Shown here in pieces: positions 1 through 12,220 of a stretch of 48,428 bases of DNA (its first letter is position 1; each line of letters starts with the position of its first letter). The DNA lies in the NCBI RefSeq assembly GCF_001194135.2, contig NC_068983.1, positions 84,962,833-85,011,260 of the forward strand, in the 5' to 3' direction. The translations under genes were made by a program, and so were the position numbers. This DNA comes from Octopus bimaculoides. Taxonomy: Eukaryota. The notes beneath the pieces were generated by a model that saw only the letters and a program-made list of their open reading frames with translations, ran no database searches and was not told the origin of the DNA.

Positions 1-341
1 TGTAGCACTGTCTGCCATTTGTTCATTGAGTGCCTTATGTATTTTATATTAATCGGTGCCACCTTGTTTATGGCTAATGTTTCCAGAATCCACGTGTGGG
101 GAACACTGTCGAAAGCCTTTTGGTAGTCCACCCAGGCCATACTGAGGCCTTTCTTCTTTCTGCGGCTGTCTTCAGTTATGGCTTTATCGATCAATAATTG
201 ATCTTTACAGCCGTATGAGCCCTTGCAGCATCCCTTCTGCTCTTCTGGAAACAGGTTGTTATTTTCCAGGTGCTTACTCAATCTCTGCGATATTATTGCA
301 GTAAAGGCTTTGTAGATCATAGGGAGACAGGTTATAGGTCT
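1..341 (-). mobile_element. R4/Dong-clade non-LTR retrotransposon, reverse transcriptase fragment (5'-truncated, runs off the window start)
   Basis: Minus-strand frame from 341 is stop-free: RPITCLPMIYKAFTAIISQRLSKHLENNNLFPEEQKGCCKGSYGCKDQLLIDKAITEDSRRKKKGLSMAWVDYQKAFDSVPHTWILETL. These are the non-LTR RT motifs RPITCL, EEQKG, GCKDQLLID and WxDYxKAFDSVPH typical of R4-like elements. Its 5' end abuts a (TAA)n array. Confidence 0.9.
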
Positions 342-356
342 CATAGGTTATAGGTT

Positions 357-357
357 A

Positions 358-432
<75 letters not shown>

Positions 433-438
433 TATTAT
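357..438 (-). repeat. (TAT)n / (ATA)n trinucleotide microsatellite
   Basis: Direct inspection. Confidence 0.97.
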
Positions 439-976
439 TAATGCTCTGATGCAGTACCAGGCATTGGCTCAAATGGCTTCTCATCTGAACTGATTGGAAA
501 TGTTATCATATACGTTGTTTTGTCTTGATATAAAAGGTGAGCTACAGAAAATATTCTGCTCAATACCACTGATTTGCTTGTCAGTTGCTTGACCTTAACC
601 AGTTGAGCTGACGATATATGCATCTCTGATTACGAGCAGAAGTAGAGGGAGAGCATTATAGCCATGTGTTGAGAGTAATTCTTTGGGATTTGGATAATTC
701 ACCATTGGGAACATGGGTGCTTTGTTCAACATCATTAAACTACCCTTGTTCAGGGACCTTTTGAGCGGGATGGACTAGTCGACCTGAAGAAAATTCTAAG
801 CCTCCACCTGCAACGTCATGCGCAGTTTATCTTGATATGAGATCACCATGTCACGCACATATGGTTGTGATGCATGTATCTGGTGTACCCTTATCAGACG
901 GGTAGTCATGGTGGGTATACTGTGCTTCGTATATTTTACCCGAGTGTCACTTTGATGGCATGTACTACTCTCTTAC
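439..976. other. ~540 bp unclassified segment bounded by divergent TAA arrays (probable interspersed repeat or LINE UTR)
   Basis: Complex non-coding sequence between (TAT)n and (AAT)n arrays. Only a 61-aa minus ORF whose stop is the first TAA of the array. No second copy in the window. Confidence 0.4.
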
Positions 977-985
977 TCAATAATG

Positions 986-1045
<60 letters not shown>
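977..1045 (+). repeat. (AAT)n microsatellite
   Basis: Direct inspection. Confidence 0.97.
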
Positions 1046-1047
<2 letters not shown>

Positions 1048-1771
1048 GCTATAAAACAAATGAAATCCAAACTAAAACTAGAACAGCAACGGACCATGAT
1101 AAAACGATGGCAAGAAAAGCCCCCTTCATGGCAAATACTCGGCTAAACTAAATGCAAAAGAAATAGACAGAGAAAAATCCCAGCAATGGTCGAGAAGCTC
1201 AGGACTCAAAGTAGAGACTGGAGGATTTTTAATTGCAGCACAAGACTAAAGCCTCCCCATCAGAAATTACCAAAAACATATAATGAAAAGAAACATAACA
1301 AGTAACTGTAGAATATGTGGAGATGGACAAGAAACAATAAATCATATCTATGGCTGCCCAGTCCTGGCTAAGAAGGAATATATTCACACACACGACAGAG
1401 CTGGGACCTACATATGCACTGGAAGCTATGCCAACACTATGGAATAGCAACAGAAATAAGATGGTATAGGCACACACCAGAAAAGGTCACAGAAAACGAG
1501 AAAGCAACCATACTCTGGGATATGCCAATACACACAGATAGAGAAATTAAGGCAAATAGACCAGATATAGTTGTCAAAGATCATGAAGAAAAAAAATGCT
1601 TTCTAATTGATGTATCAATACCAGCAGATGACAACGTTTCTCTAAAAGAAATGGAGAAACTTTCAAAATACAAAGACCTGGAAATAGAGGTAACTCGAAT
1701 GTGGAATCTAAAAACAGAAACAATTCCTATCATAATAAGCGTATTAGGTATGATAAAAAAATATTCAGACA
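1046..1771 (+). mobile_element. R4/Dong-clade non-LTR retrotransposon, C-terminal CCHC knuckle + restriction-like endonuclease (5'-truncated, frameshifted, 3' end in gap)
   Basis: Across frameshifts it reads WQEKP..GKY..KSQQW.RSSGLK.ET.GFLIAAQD, CRICGDGQETINHI (CCHC start), RHD, ILWDMPIHTDREIKANRPDIVVKDHEEKKCFLIDVSIP...EKLSKYKDL (PD-(D/E)xK RLE). (AAT)n lies upstream and again after the gap (2661-2890). Confidence 0.92.
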
Positions 1772-2660
1772 NNNNNNNNNNNNNNNNNNNNNNNNNNNNN
1801 NNNNNNNNNNNNNNNNNNNNNNNNNNNNNNNNNNNNNNNNNNNNNNNNNNNNNNNNNNNNNNNNNNNNNNNNNNNNNNNNNNNNNNNNNNNNNNNNNNNN
1901 NNNNNNNNNNNNNNNNNNNNNNNNNNNNNNNNNNNNNNNNNNNNNNNNNNNNNNNNNNNNNNNNNNNNNNNNNNNNNNNNNNNNNNNNNNNNNNNNNNNN
2001 NNNNNNNNNNNNNNNNNNNNNNNNNNNNNNNNNNNNNNNNNNNNNNNNNNNNNNNNNNNNNNNNNNNNNNNNNNNNNNNNNNNNNNNNNNNNNNNNNNNN
2101 NNNNNNNNNNNNNNNNNNNNNNNNNNNNNNNNNNNNNNNNNNNNNNNNNNNNNNNNNNNNNNNNNNNNNNNNNNNNNNNNNNNNNNNNNNNNNNNNNNNN
2201 NNNNNNNNNNNNNNNNNNNNNNNNNNNNNNNNNNNNNNNNNNNNNNNNNNNNNNNNNNNNNNNNNNNNNNNNNNNNNNNNNNNNNNNNNNNNNNNNNNNN
2301 NNNNNNNNNNNNNNNNNNNNNNNNNNNNNNNNNNNNNNNNNNNNNNNNNNNNNNNNNNNNNNNNNNNNNNNNNNNNNNNNNNNNNNNNNNNNNNNNNNNN
2401 NNNNNNNNNNNNNNNNNNNNNNNNNNNNNNNNNNNNNNNNNNNNNNNNNNNNNNNNNNNNNNNNNNNNNNNNNNNNNNNNNNNNNNNNNNNNNNNNNNNN
2501 NNNNNNNNNNNNNNNNNNNNNNNNNNNNNNNNNNNNNNNNNNNNNNNNNNNNNNNNNNNNNNNNNNNNNNNNNNNNNNNNNNNNNNNNNNNNNNNNNNNN
2601 NNNNNNNNNNNNNNNNNNNNNNNNNNNNNNNNNNNNNNNNNNNNNNNNNNNNNNNNNNNT

Positions 2661-2890
<230 letters not shown>

Positions 2891-3105
2891 TCTTTCTACT
2901 GTAGGCACTAGGTCTGACATTTGTGGGGAAGGAGCTAGTCGAATACATCGACCTCAGTGCGCAACTGGTACTTTTTTATCGATTCGGAAAGAATGAAAGG
3001 CAAAGCCGACCTCGCGGAATTTGAGCTTGGAACGTTAAGCCGGAAAAAATGCAATGCTGACAAAGTGTTTTGTCCGTGCAGTAACGTTTCTTTCAGCTTG
3101 CAAGC

Positions 3106-3107
<2 letters not shown>
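2891..3107 (-). mobile_element. tRNA-derived SINE monomer (family M, GCCTTTCATCCTTTCGGGGTCGATAAA-type central domain), diverged
   Basis: Reverse complement aligns by eye to the units at 3877-4488. Embedded between two (AAT)n arrays. Confidence 0.8.
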
Positions 3108-3161
<54 letters not shown>

Positions 3162-3418
3162 CATAATAATAATAATAATAATAATAAACTGAGCCAATTT
3201 CCTGAGTGGGGTGCCATCGATTGAATCCTTTACGGTGCTCGATTAATACTTATTTGATAAACCCCGATAAAATATATCGCTATTCGCAAATTAAACAAAT
3301 TATGGTGTTGACTTTAAAAGAGAAAGCTAAATATTGCAGAATGTTGCACTCGAAAGAAATAAAGAACAGATTACTTACAAATCCTACTTGACATGATCAC
3401 CATATAAAATAAATGATT

Positions 3419-3449
<31 letters not shown>

Positions 3450-3522
3450 CTTTTTCATTTTCCTTTTCTTCTTGTAAATCTCGCTGTTAATATCATAATG
3501 CTATCGTAAGTCATTCTCTCTT

Positions 3523-3559
<37 letters not shown>

Positions 3560-3605
3560 CTCTCTCACTCTCTGTCTTTCTCTCTCTCTCTCTCTNNNNN
3601 NNNNN

Positions 3606-3662
<57 letters not shown>

Positions 3663-3876
3663 TATGTACACATACATACATACATTCATACATACATACA
3701 TACCTACATACATACACACTTATTGGATCTTCCGTCGGTTACGACGTTGTGCATTCCGCTGTTTCATCAACAAAACTACCTACTCGTTAAATTAACATGA
3801 AAGATAAAAGTGGATAAGGCTGAATGTACTGTATCCTTAAAGTAATTCACATGCTGGATCAATACGTGACAAATCT

Positions 3877-4488
3877 AAGGCGGCGAGCTGGCAGAAACGT
3901 TAGCACGCCGGGCGAAACGCTTAGCAGTATTACGTCTGCCGCTACGTTCTGAGTTCAAATTCCGTCGAGGTCGATTTTGCCTTTCATCCTTTCAAGGTCG
4001 ATAAATTAAGTACCAGTTACGCACTGGTGTCAATCTAATCGACTTAATCTCTTTGTCTGTCCTTGTTTGTCCCCTCTATGTTTATCTCCCTGTGGGCAAT
4101 AAAGAACTAAGAAACGTTAGCACGCCGGGCGAAATGCTTAGCGGTATTTCGTCTGCCGTTACGTTCTGAGTTCAAATTCCGCCGAGGTCGACTTTGCCTT
4201 TCATCCTTTCGGGGTCGATAAATTAAGTACCAGTTACGCACTGGGGTCGATGTAATCGACTTAATCCGTTCGTCTGTTCTTGTTTGTTCCCTCTATGTTT
4301 AGCCCCTTGTGGGCAATAACGAAATAGGTATTTCGTCTGTCTTTACGTTATGAGTTCAAATTACGCCGAGCTCAACTTTGCTTTCTCCTTTCAGAAGTCG
4401 ATAAATTAAGCACCAGTTGCGTACTAGGGTCGATCTAATCGACTAATCCCTCCCCAAAATTTCGGGGCTTGTGCCTAGTGTAGAAAAG
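3877..4488 (+). mobile_element. Trimeric tRNA-derived SINE (family M) with 16-bp target-site duplication
   Basis: Three head-to-tail units share TTCTGAGTTCAAATTCCG (B-box-like) ... GCCTTTCATCCTTTC ... GTCGATAAATTAAGTACCAGTT. The identical 16-mer AATACGTGACAAATCT lies at 3861-3876 and 4489-4504. The central domain resembles the MetaSINE domain as I recall it (unverified). Confidence 0.9.
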
Positions 4489-4764
4489 AATACGTGACAA
4501 ATCTGGACTTTTGTATTACACCTCATAGTCTGTTCATCATGTTTCGAGAATTTTCTTCGATCTAGTTACACTTACACTGCATTGGTCGACCCGTGGCGAT
4601 GGTAAAAATCACGTGCGCAAAATGCTTTGTAGTAGAATCGAACTGAAGACTTCATGGTTGTGAAACGAACATTTTAACTACTGGAGCATACCCCCCCCCA
4701 TCTCGCGCACACACACGTACATAAATACAGACAGTCACGCACACATATGCTTATATGTATGATG

Positions 4765-4813
<49 letters not shown>

Positions 4814-5554
4814 GTATATNNNNNNNNNNNNNNNNNNNNNNNNNNNNNNNNNNNNNNNNNNNNNNNNNNNNNNNNNNNNNNNNNNNNNNNNNNNNNNNNN
4901 NNNNNNNNNNNNNNNNNNNNNNNNNNNNNNNNNNNNNNNNNNNNNNNNNNNNNNNNNNNNNNNNNNNNNNNNNNNNNNNNNNNNNNNNNNNNNNNNNNNN
5001 NNNNNNNNNNNNNNNNNNNNNNNNNNNNNNNNNNNNNNNNNNNNNNNNNNNNNNNNNNNNNNNNNNNNNNNNNNNNNNNNNNNNNNNNNNNNNNNNNNNN
5101 NNNNNNNNNNNNNNNNNNNNNNNNNNNNNNNNNNNNNNNNNNNNNNNNNNNNNNNNNNNNNNNNNNNNNNNNNNNNNNNNNNNNNNNNNNNNNNNNNNNN
5201 NNNNNNNNNNNNNNNNNNNNNNNNNNNNNNNNNNNNNNNNNNNNNNNNNNNNNNNNNNNNNNNNNNNNNNNNNNNNNNNNNNNNNNNNNNNNNNNNNNNN
5301 NNNNNNNNNNNNNNNNNNNNNNNNNNNTGTACATACATTCATTAATACATGCCTACATACACACATACATACATACACACATACATACATACACACATAC
5401 ATACATACATACACACATACATACATACATACATACATACATAGCTTATATAATTCCCGGAACCTTTTTTCCAGAGAAAATTACATATTACGACGACTAT
5501 AAATTAAAGTAACTCCTGAAAAGGCAAAAACAACAGCAACAGTACCACCACCAT

Positions 5555-5601
<47 letters not shown>

Positions 5602-6246
5602 AAAACAAAACATGGATCCTACTAAATTATCTCCTTATTTAGCAAGAGAAAAAAAATCTCGTTATTTCGAGATTTCGGAAAAAAAAATCTCAATGAAACA
5701 ATCAGTTAAGATATGCAAATGCTATTGTTTTTTTTTTGTTTTTATGTTTTTAAGTGATAAATGAAAGAAAATGTAAAATATTTTTCGCTTTATTGCTTGT
5801 CGTTTGAAGTGTCATCAGATATTTTTGGTTTGCTTTTGTCTTTTTTACTCTTTTATTTGTATTTATTTAACACGATATCAACTATATTTATCTACTTTTT
5901 CTCTCCTGCCTCTCAGTCTCTCAATCCATCTCATATCTATTATCATTCACGTCGAAATTACGTTTCCTTCCAATTGTACTTAGTTTGTACTGTCAAGTAC
6001 TAACTAAAATTGAAGCTATTATAATACAGAATTTTTGTTTCTTCCCCATCCTTATCTAATTCCTCTTCCTCCTCCTTTTCCTCGCCCTTCCTCTTCTTCC
6101 ACCTCCTAATCATCATTATTATCATCGTCATCGTCGTTATCATCATCCTCAATATCAACATCATTATCATTGCCCGTTCCCATTTTGTGTTTTTGTTTGT
6201 TTTTCATCAACCAATTACATCCACCGCCGCTGCGCCGCCACAATCC

Positions 6247-6300
<54 letters not shown>

Positions 6301-6949
6301 TCTCGTTATTTTTATAAGAAAACCAGAGTGAAGCTTGCTGATCACTGATGATAATAATAACGACGAAATTTTCTCCTCGTTCTTCCTTTTATCAAAACAA
6401 CAAAACAAGTAAACCATCGTCTAAAAGATACCCTACATGTTTGAACATTTGCAGTAACACGACAACAGACAGTAGGTGACATTTAGTGGGTGACGATCGT
6501 TTTGTATCGTCGCATTGTCACACATATAATCCAATAAAGAAACCACCGATGCCTCGATTAATAGTGAGATCAACACGAGAAAACAAAGTCATGTTGCACA
6601 CGATATACTAACTTCTGTTGTAGCTATATAACATATTTTATACTTTATAATTTTTACTCCTTACCAGTTACAATTTATTTTTTTCTTTCAAATTATATAT
6701 TTTAAAATCTGTTAACCATTATAGAATAGGAATTTTTTGCAGGCTCATCCAACTGGAGTGGTGATTTTAGATCGAAGGTAAAAACTATTTCAGTTGTAAA
6801 AGAATAAACAAAATGACATCTTATACTTACTCACGCTCCTGTGAATATTATAATAGGGGACGTATGTCTGTGCCAGAAATCAGTCAGTCAATACATACAT
6901 ACACAATACATACGTAAATACGTACATGCATACACATCATACATACATA

Positions 6950-7360
6950 AGCATCAACACAAGAAATGTTCAGAACTGCTGTCAAATGCAAAGATTACAA
7001 GCCGGATATCGGTTTTGGAACGTTGTAGAGATCAGCTGTCCTACAGATGTGACTATCTCTTCGAAAATCAAAGAGAAAGATAATAACCACAGACAACTGC
7101 TTTTATGTCCATATTGTAAATTCACATTTATACCAATAATAATCGGTGTTCTTAGTTATGTAAGTAAATACCTAAATGGCAATCTGAGAAAGCTGGAGTT
7201 TTCAGTAAAAAAAAAAAATGAACCAACTCGCACATTATAAATACAGTAAAATTATGCAGACATTTCTCAAGTTTAAAATGTGAATTTTGTTATCTACATT
7301 CCAAAGACAGAACTTTGCATCTTTGTTAGAAACGAGGCCCCTGTTTATAGGAAGATTTCA
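6950..7360 (+). mobile_element. Older R4-like family B, 3' fragment (RLE end + 3' UTR)
   Basis: NVVEISCPTDVTISSKIKEKDNN...CKFTFIPIIIGVLSYVSKYL..NLRKLEF (RLE C-terminus). The 3' UTR matches 21600-21700. Confidence 0.7.
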
Positions 7361-7397
7361 AATATGTATATATACATATACATATGTGTATATGTAT

Positions 7398-7480
7398 ATA
7401 CATATAAGAGGGATGACCACTAAGTGGACATCCATTATGCTAGAAGTAGACCACTTAGTGGTCATCCCTCTTATATGTAT
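7398..7480. repeat. Perfect 30-bp inverted repeat with 23-nt spacer (foldback/MITE-like hairpin)
   Basis: 7398-7427 ATACATATAAGAGGGATGACCACTAAGTGG is the exact reverse complement of 7451-7480. Confidence 0.95.
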
Positions 7481-9396
7481 GTAATATAATTTTTCTGAAT
7501 CTTCAGATTTTTTCACTATGCTTGGCCACTGGTTTTTAAATTGATATTAATCAAATTAATATTCAATTTATGACCCTTATTATCTAAATTTCAAATATGT
7601 GTATATGTATGTATATAATACAAAGTGAATGCATTTATTAAAAAAAAACAGGAATTTACAAAACTGGTCTTCTTTCCTGCTCTATAGAATCGTTAACACA
7701 CCGAGCAACATTTCGCCCGTTTTTGCCTTCTGAGTTCAAACTTCACCGAGGTCGATTCTAACCTTTTATCCTTTCAATGTATGCATGCATACACACATAC
7801 ACCATCTTCAAACCTACAGGCCTATGAGGCTTCGGATTATCCAGATGTTCTGAGATTACATTTTTCCCTGCCCAACCTCTGAACAGGTGCGAGTCAATCG
7901 CTGGCTTAACATCAAAATGCTGCTGTTACTTATTTTCAGTTTCTATATCGGGGCTACGTGTAACGAAGTGCTTCGGGCAAACTTACAAGCGTCACCCCGT
8001 CCGAAAATTGAACCCACAAACTAGCTTCTTAACCACGAGACTTCACACACACACACACGTACACACACACTCCTACATACATACATACATATATATGCAT
8101 ACTTACGTACATACATACATACTTACATACATGCATACATACATACATACATACATACATACATACATACATACATACATAATGCATACATACATACATA
8201 TATATATATATGTATGTATGTATGTAGGAGTNNNNNNNNNNNNNNNNNNNNNNNNNNNNNNNNNNNNNNNNNNNNNNNNNNNNNNNNNNNNNNNNNGTAT
8301 GTATGCATTTGTATGTTTGTGGCTATGTCGATGTTAGATACATATGTGCTTCGCTCTACAAATTTTACTTTATCTACAGACGAGTTATTTTTCACTCAAT
8401 AATTATTATTTTTCTCAATAATTATTATTGCAAGAATGTCTATAAGAAGAAAATAGGACAAAATTGCTTGAAGGTTATCGAAAATGATGGGTTTTGCTTA
8501 TACGGTCTTCTAAGATTATAAGCAATCGAATAATTTGGAGAGAAGCACACCAAAGATTAAGGAATTGGACATTATTAAGAACAAATCCTACCCTTTGTAA
8601 CTCGTCATTAGTTCCAGAAAATATTGAGTCGCTTTAATCGATTATACCTTCCTCATATCAGCCTTGTACCAATTTTGTAAATCAATAGTTAGGTTAAATT
8701 ATTGTATATCTCGCTCAGATCTCCCAGTAAGAGGTAATCCTTCGGAATGAAGCTAAGGCAAAGTGTTCAATACAGACGAAAAGTAAGTCACAGTATGGGC
8801 GTTACGTATTCACGTGAGAATTACACAGCTAGGAAGTTCATTTGAACGAAGGTCACTTGCTCTGAAACGTCGATGAATTCTTCTAAGTAGTAAAATTTTA
8901 AAGGACTCCTCATAATACCGACTGTAAACAATCTGACTTATAAAACACGAAAGCAAAGCTTTATAATGAATCTAATTTAAAGTAATAATTTGAGATGAAA
9001 ATATTAGATTTAAAAAATAGCCGACGTGTTCTAAAACGACTAACAGAAAGCATATTTAGGAATAGTTGTCTAGTCAATATATCAAGCGTTAACGAAGCCT
9101 ATTCATGTATTTAATTGAACTCTAGAAATCATTGAGATTTTTTTCTTCTTTCTCCTTTTGAATTTAGTTGGAAAGGTGGTAAAATAAAAGGTCCATGCCT
9201 TTGTAATACCTGTCATTGTAGTCGATGTTGTTGATGTTAAGCATAATTCTGTATATTGTTGTTGGTGTGTTTTACTAAGTAGTTAGGGAAAGAAGGGAAA
9301 CACCTGGATTTTTCTGTATTTCTGTATTTCTGTCTATTTGGGCATTAAATCCTATATCATTACGTTTACGAAACAACAGTAGCTACACGCTGAAGC

Positions 9397-9470
9397 TTGC
9401 AACTGCTAGAGATACCTATGTAACCCATAATTTCTTAGTAGATGACTTGGATATCTATGCTAAAAACGTT
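9397..9470 (+). mobile_element. Short RT active-site fragment of R4-like family B
   Basis: ATARDTYVTHNFLVDDLDIYAKNVN (YxDD-like FLVDD). Closely matches 20160-20230. Confidence 0.6.
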
Positions 9471-9610
9471 AACAAAGCCAAAAATCTACCTAGATTTAAT
9501 AACATGTAATTACTCTCAGGTAGTATCTGCTAAACAATTGCAGCAAAAAGCGAAGACTCCCTTCCTGACTATTTGTCATACAACCTCAAAACCACTGACT
9601 AACACACTTC

Positions 9611-10005
9611 TCTTTTACTCTTTTACTTGTTTCAGTCATTTGACTGTGGCCATGCTGGAGCATCGCATTTAGTCGAGCAAATCGACCCCAGGACTTATTC
9701 TTTGTAAGCCTAGTACTTATTCTATCGGTCTCTTTTGCCAAACCGCTAGATTACGGGGACCTAAACACACCAGCATCGGTTGTCAAGCGATGTTGGGGGG
9801 ACAAACACAGGCACACAAACATACACACACACATACATATATATGTATACATATATACGACGGACTTCTTTCAGTTTCCGTCTACCAAATCCACTCACAA
9901 GGCTTTGGTCGGCCCGAGGTTATAGTAGAAGACACTTGCCCAAGGTGCCAAGCAGTGGGACTGAACTCGGAACCATGTGACTCGTAAGCGAGCTACTTAC
10001 CACAC
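9611..10005 (-). mobile_element. Bipartite tRNA/CORE-like SINE (family A), near full length, internal (TA)/(TG) microsatellite
   Basis: The reverse complement gives head GTGTGGTAAGTAGCTCGC..GTTCCGAGTTCAGTCCC, CORE-like CACCTTGGGCAAGTGTCTTCTACT, a microsatellite spacer, and a right arm ending GACTGAAACAAGTAAAAGAG. Homologous to 11564-11943. Confidence 0.88.
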
Positions 10006-10007
10006 AA

Positions 10008-10885
10008 GAAGATCTTGATGTGAAACGCTCAGTAATCAAAAAAGTAATACTATACACGGGCATTTCTCGAAGACTTGATGGTGACAGTAATATCGACATG
10101 AAGCGCAGCGTCTCTTGGACTTGCGACCACGACATCATATCACACTTTGATGTTATTGCATTTGCAATCCAAGGGCTGAAGATTGCTACAAAATACCTAA
10201 TAAACAAAAGTGACAGTGAAGTCCCAATATGCAACCGAAATGTCAATTACGTCATATTTCTGTGGAAGACATCGCACACAAGTTTAGCAGCTGGCCCAAA
10301 ATGCCATCATGGTACTACTTTTTCTAATGCGATATGATAAGTCGTTAAAACAATGTACAATGCCCCCAGCCCATAATAAAAAGACTGACTTTGGATGAAT
10401 ATAGAGACCCCACCCAGTTGTTGAATATCTACATAATCGTCAACACAAGGAATATTGGTAGAACAGGCACCATGAAAACGTCTCCCAAGTTCAAGCATAT
10501 CGTTGTTTGGGACAGAAGAGAAAGAACATGCACTGTCATGGAGGTCAGCTTCCCTGTAAATGTGAATATGTCTTCGAAGGCAAGGAGAAAGAGGAAACCC
10601 TCAATTTCTATATGATGATCATAAATTCACTTATATACCAATGATATTTGTTGCCCTTCGTTTTGTGAGTAAATGCCTAAGTTATAATCTGGGAAAGCTA
10701 GGTTTGTTAAAAATAGGTGAAACAGCTGACATGTGCATTACAAGTACAATCTTTAGGCAGAATAGTAAAAGTATACGATACTTTTCTCAAGCTGAATATA
10801 TGATATGGTTTTTAGAGCTTTGAATCTTTGTTAGAAACCAGCAACTTCTTTGCAGGAAGAATTCAAACAATTAAAAATAGAAGAG
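10008..10885 (+). mobile_element. Older R4-like family B, decayed 3' portion
   Basis: Collinear similarity to 20905-21720: FAIQGLKIATKYLINKSDSEV, CTVMEVSFPVNVN, and the shared 3' end TTAGAAACC...GGAAG...AAAAATAGAAGAG. Confidence 0.7.
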
Positions 10886-10894
10886 GGCGTACAT

Positions 10895-11095
10895 GCATAC
10901 TATGATATATCGCTAGCCACTACACATTCCTTATTTTCTCTACTTGTTTCTTTCTGTGTTGTGTTCCTTTCTGTGGAAGAGCATAGGCTCGAAACGTTAA
11001 AGACTTTTTCACTTCCCGAGCGTTAAACTAATACATCTGTTTGTTTACACCACCTGTCTTCGTCTTTTGTTTTTTTTTGTGAATTCTTCCCCTAT
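10895..11095 (+). mobile_element. Penelope-like element terminal repeat (pLTR) fragment, family H2
   Basis: Nearly identical to 43205-43345, which follows a GIY-YIG C-terminus. Contains a hammerhead-like motif. Confidence 0.65.
10967..11002 (+). ncRNA. Minimal type I hammerhead-like motif, non-canonical core (CUGUGGA)
   Basis: CTTT-CTGTGGA-A-GAGC(ATAG)GCTC-GAAAC-GTT-AAAG gives stem I, core, stem II, GAAA, NUH triplet and stem I'. Core position 6 is U, not A. Confidence 0.55.
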
Positions 11096-11119
11096 ATATA
11101 TATGTATGTNNNNNNNNNN

Positions 11120-11161
<42 letters not shown>

Positions 11162-11563
11162 GTGTGTGTGTGATTTTCTTCTATTATAACATATGTTTTG
11201 GCCACAGCATAAGTAAAATTTATGCACTAAAACTTTTTCTCATACAAAAACCTCTATGTACCAAGTGATCTTTTTCCCAACTTTTTTTTTGTTCTGCATA
11301 TAAAACTCACCTTGTTAAAATACACAAATATATTTTTCAATTAAAAGTATAATACAAAAACATCCGTTATGTGAAAACATTTTTTGTATTTTAACTTTCA
11401 GACAGACATACATGCACACACATATACACACATACAAACATTGAAAAAAACTATTTATGTTAAAAAAAATAAAATTTAATTCATTTATGCAAAAAATATT
11501 TGTTTTAAAATTAACGTAGTTCAACCTTTTTTCATTATTTTTCCTATATATACTGAAACTTGT

Positions 11564-11943
11564 AGGTGTGGCTGTGTGGTAAGATGTTTGCTTCCCAACC
11601 ACATGGTTTCGGGTTCAGTCCCACTGCGTGGTATCTTGGGTAAGTGTCTTCTACTTCACCCTCGGGCGGACCAAGCCTTGTACGTAGGTTTAGTAGCCGG
11701 AAACTAGAAGAATCCCGTCGTGTGTGTGTGTGTGTGTGTGTGTGTTTGTGCCCTACCACCACTTGGCAACCGGTGTGGTACGTTTACGTCCCCGTAAATT
11801 AGTAGTTCGGAAAAAGTGACCGATAGATTAAGTACCGGGCTTATAAATATGTACTGTACTGGGTCAATTAGTTAGACTAAACTTCTGCAAAGCGGTGCCT
11901 CAGCATGGCTACAGTCTAATAATGACTGAAACAAGTAAAAGAT
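11564..11943 (+). mobile_element. Bipartite SINE family A, full length, internal (TG)n
   Basis: Same head/CORE-like/right-arm layout as 9611-10005. Confidence 0.85.
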
Positions 11944-11952
11944 TTAAGGATT

Positions 11953-12050
11953 ATTCAAGGTGGCAGAATTGCTAGCACAATCGACAAAATGCTTAGAGGC
12001 ATTTCGTCTGTCTTTACGTTGTGAGTTCAAATTACACTGAGGTTGATTTT
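11953..12050 (+). mobile_element. SINE family M head, interrupted by a family A insertion
   Basis: GGCAGAATTGCTAGCAC..ATTTCGTCTGTCTTTACGTTGTGAGTTCAAATT matches 3885-3975. Confidence 0.65.
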
Positions 12051-12053
12051 TAG

Positions 12054-12220
12054 AGGCGCAGGAGTGGCTGTGTGGTAAGAAGCTTGTTTCCCGACCACAT
12101 GGTCCCGGGTTCAGTCCCACTGTGTGGCACCTTGGGCAGGTTTCTTCTACTATAGCCTCGAGCCGATCAAAGCCTTGTGAGTGGATTTGGTAGACGAAAA
12201 CTGAAAGAAGCCCATCGTGT
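12054..12220 (+). mobile_element. SINE family A left arm (continues into microsatellite and gap)
   Basis: AGGCGCAGGAGTGGCTGTGTGGTAAG...GGGTTCAGTCCCACTG..CACCTTGGGCA...GAAAGAAGCCCATCGT. Confidence 0.88.

Noticed and set aside
3877-4488. CRISPR-like repeated units
   Set aside because: The repeats are ~200-bp SINE monomers in a eukaryotic context with no unique spacers and no cas genes.
8719-8782. AG...GTAAGT-bounded segment
   Set aside because: Stop codons in all three frames.
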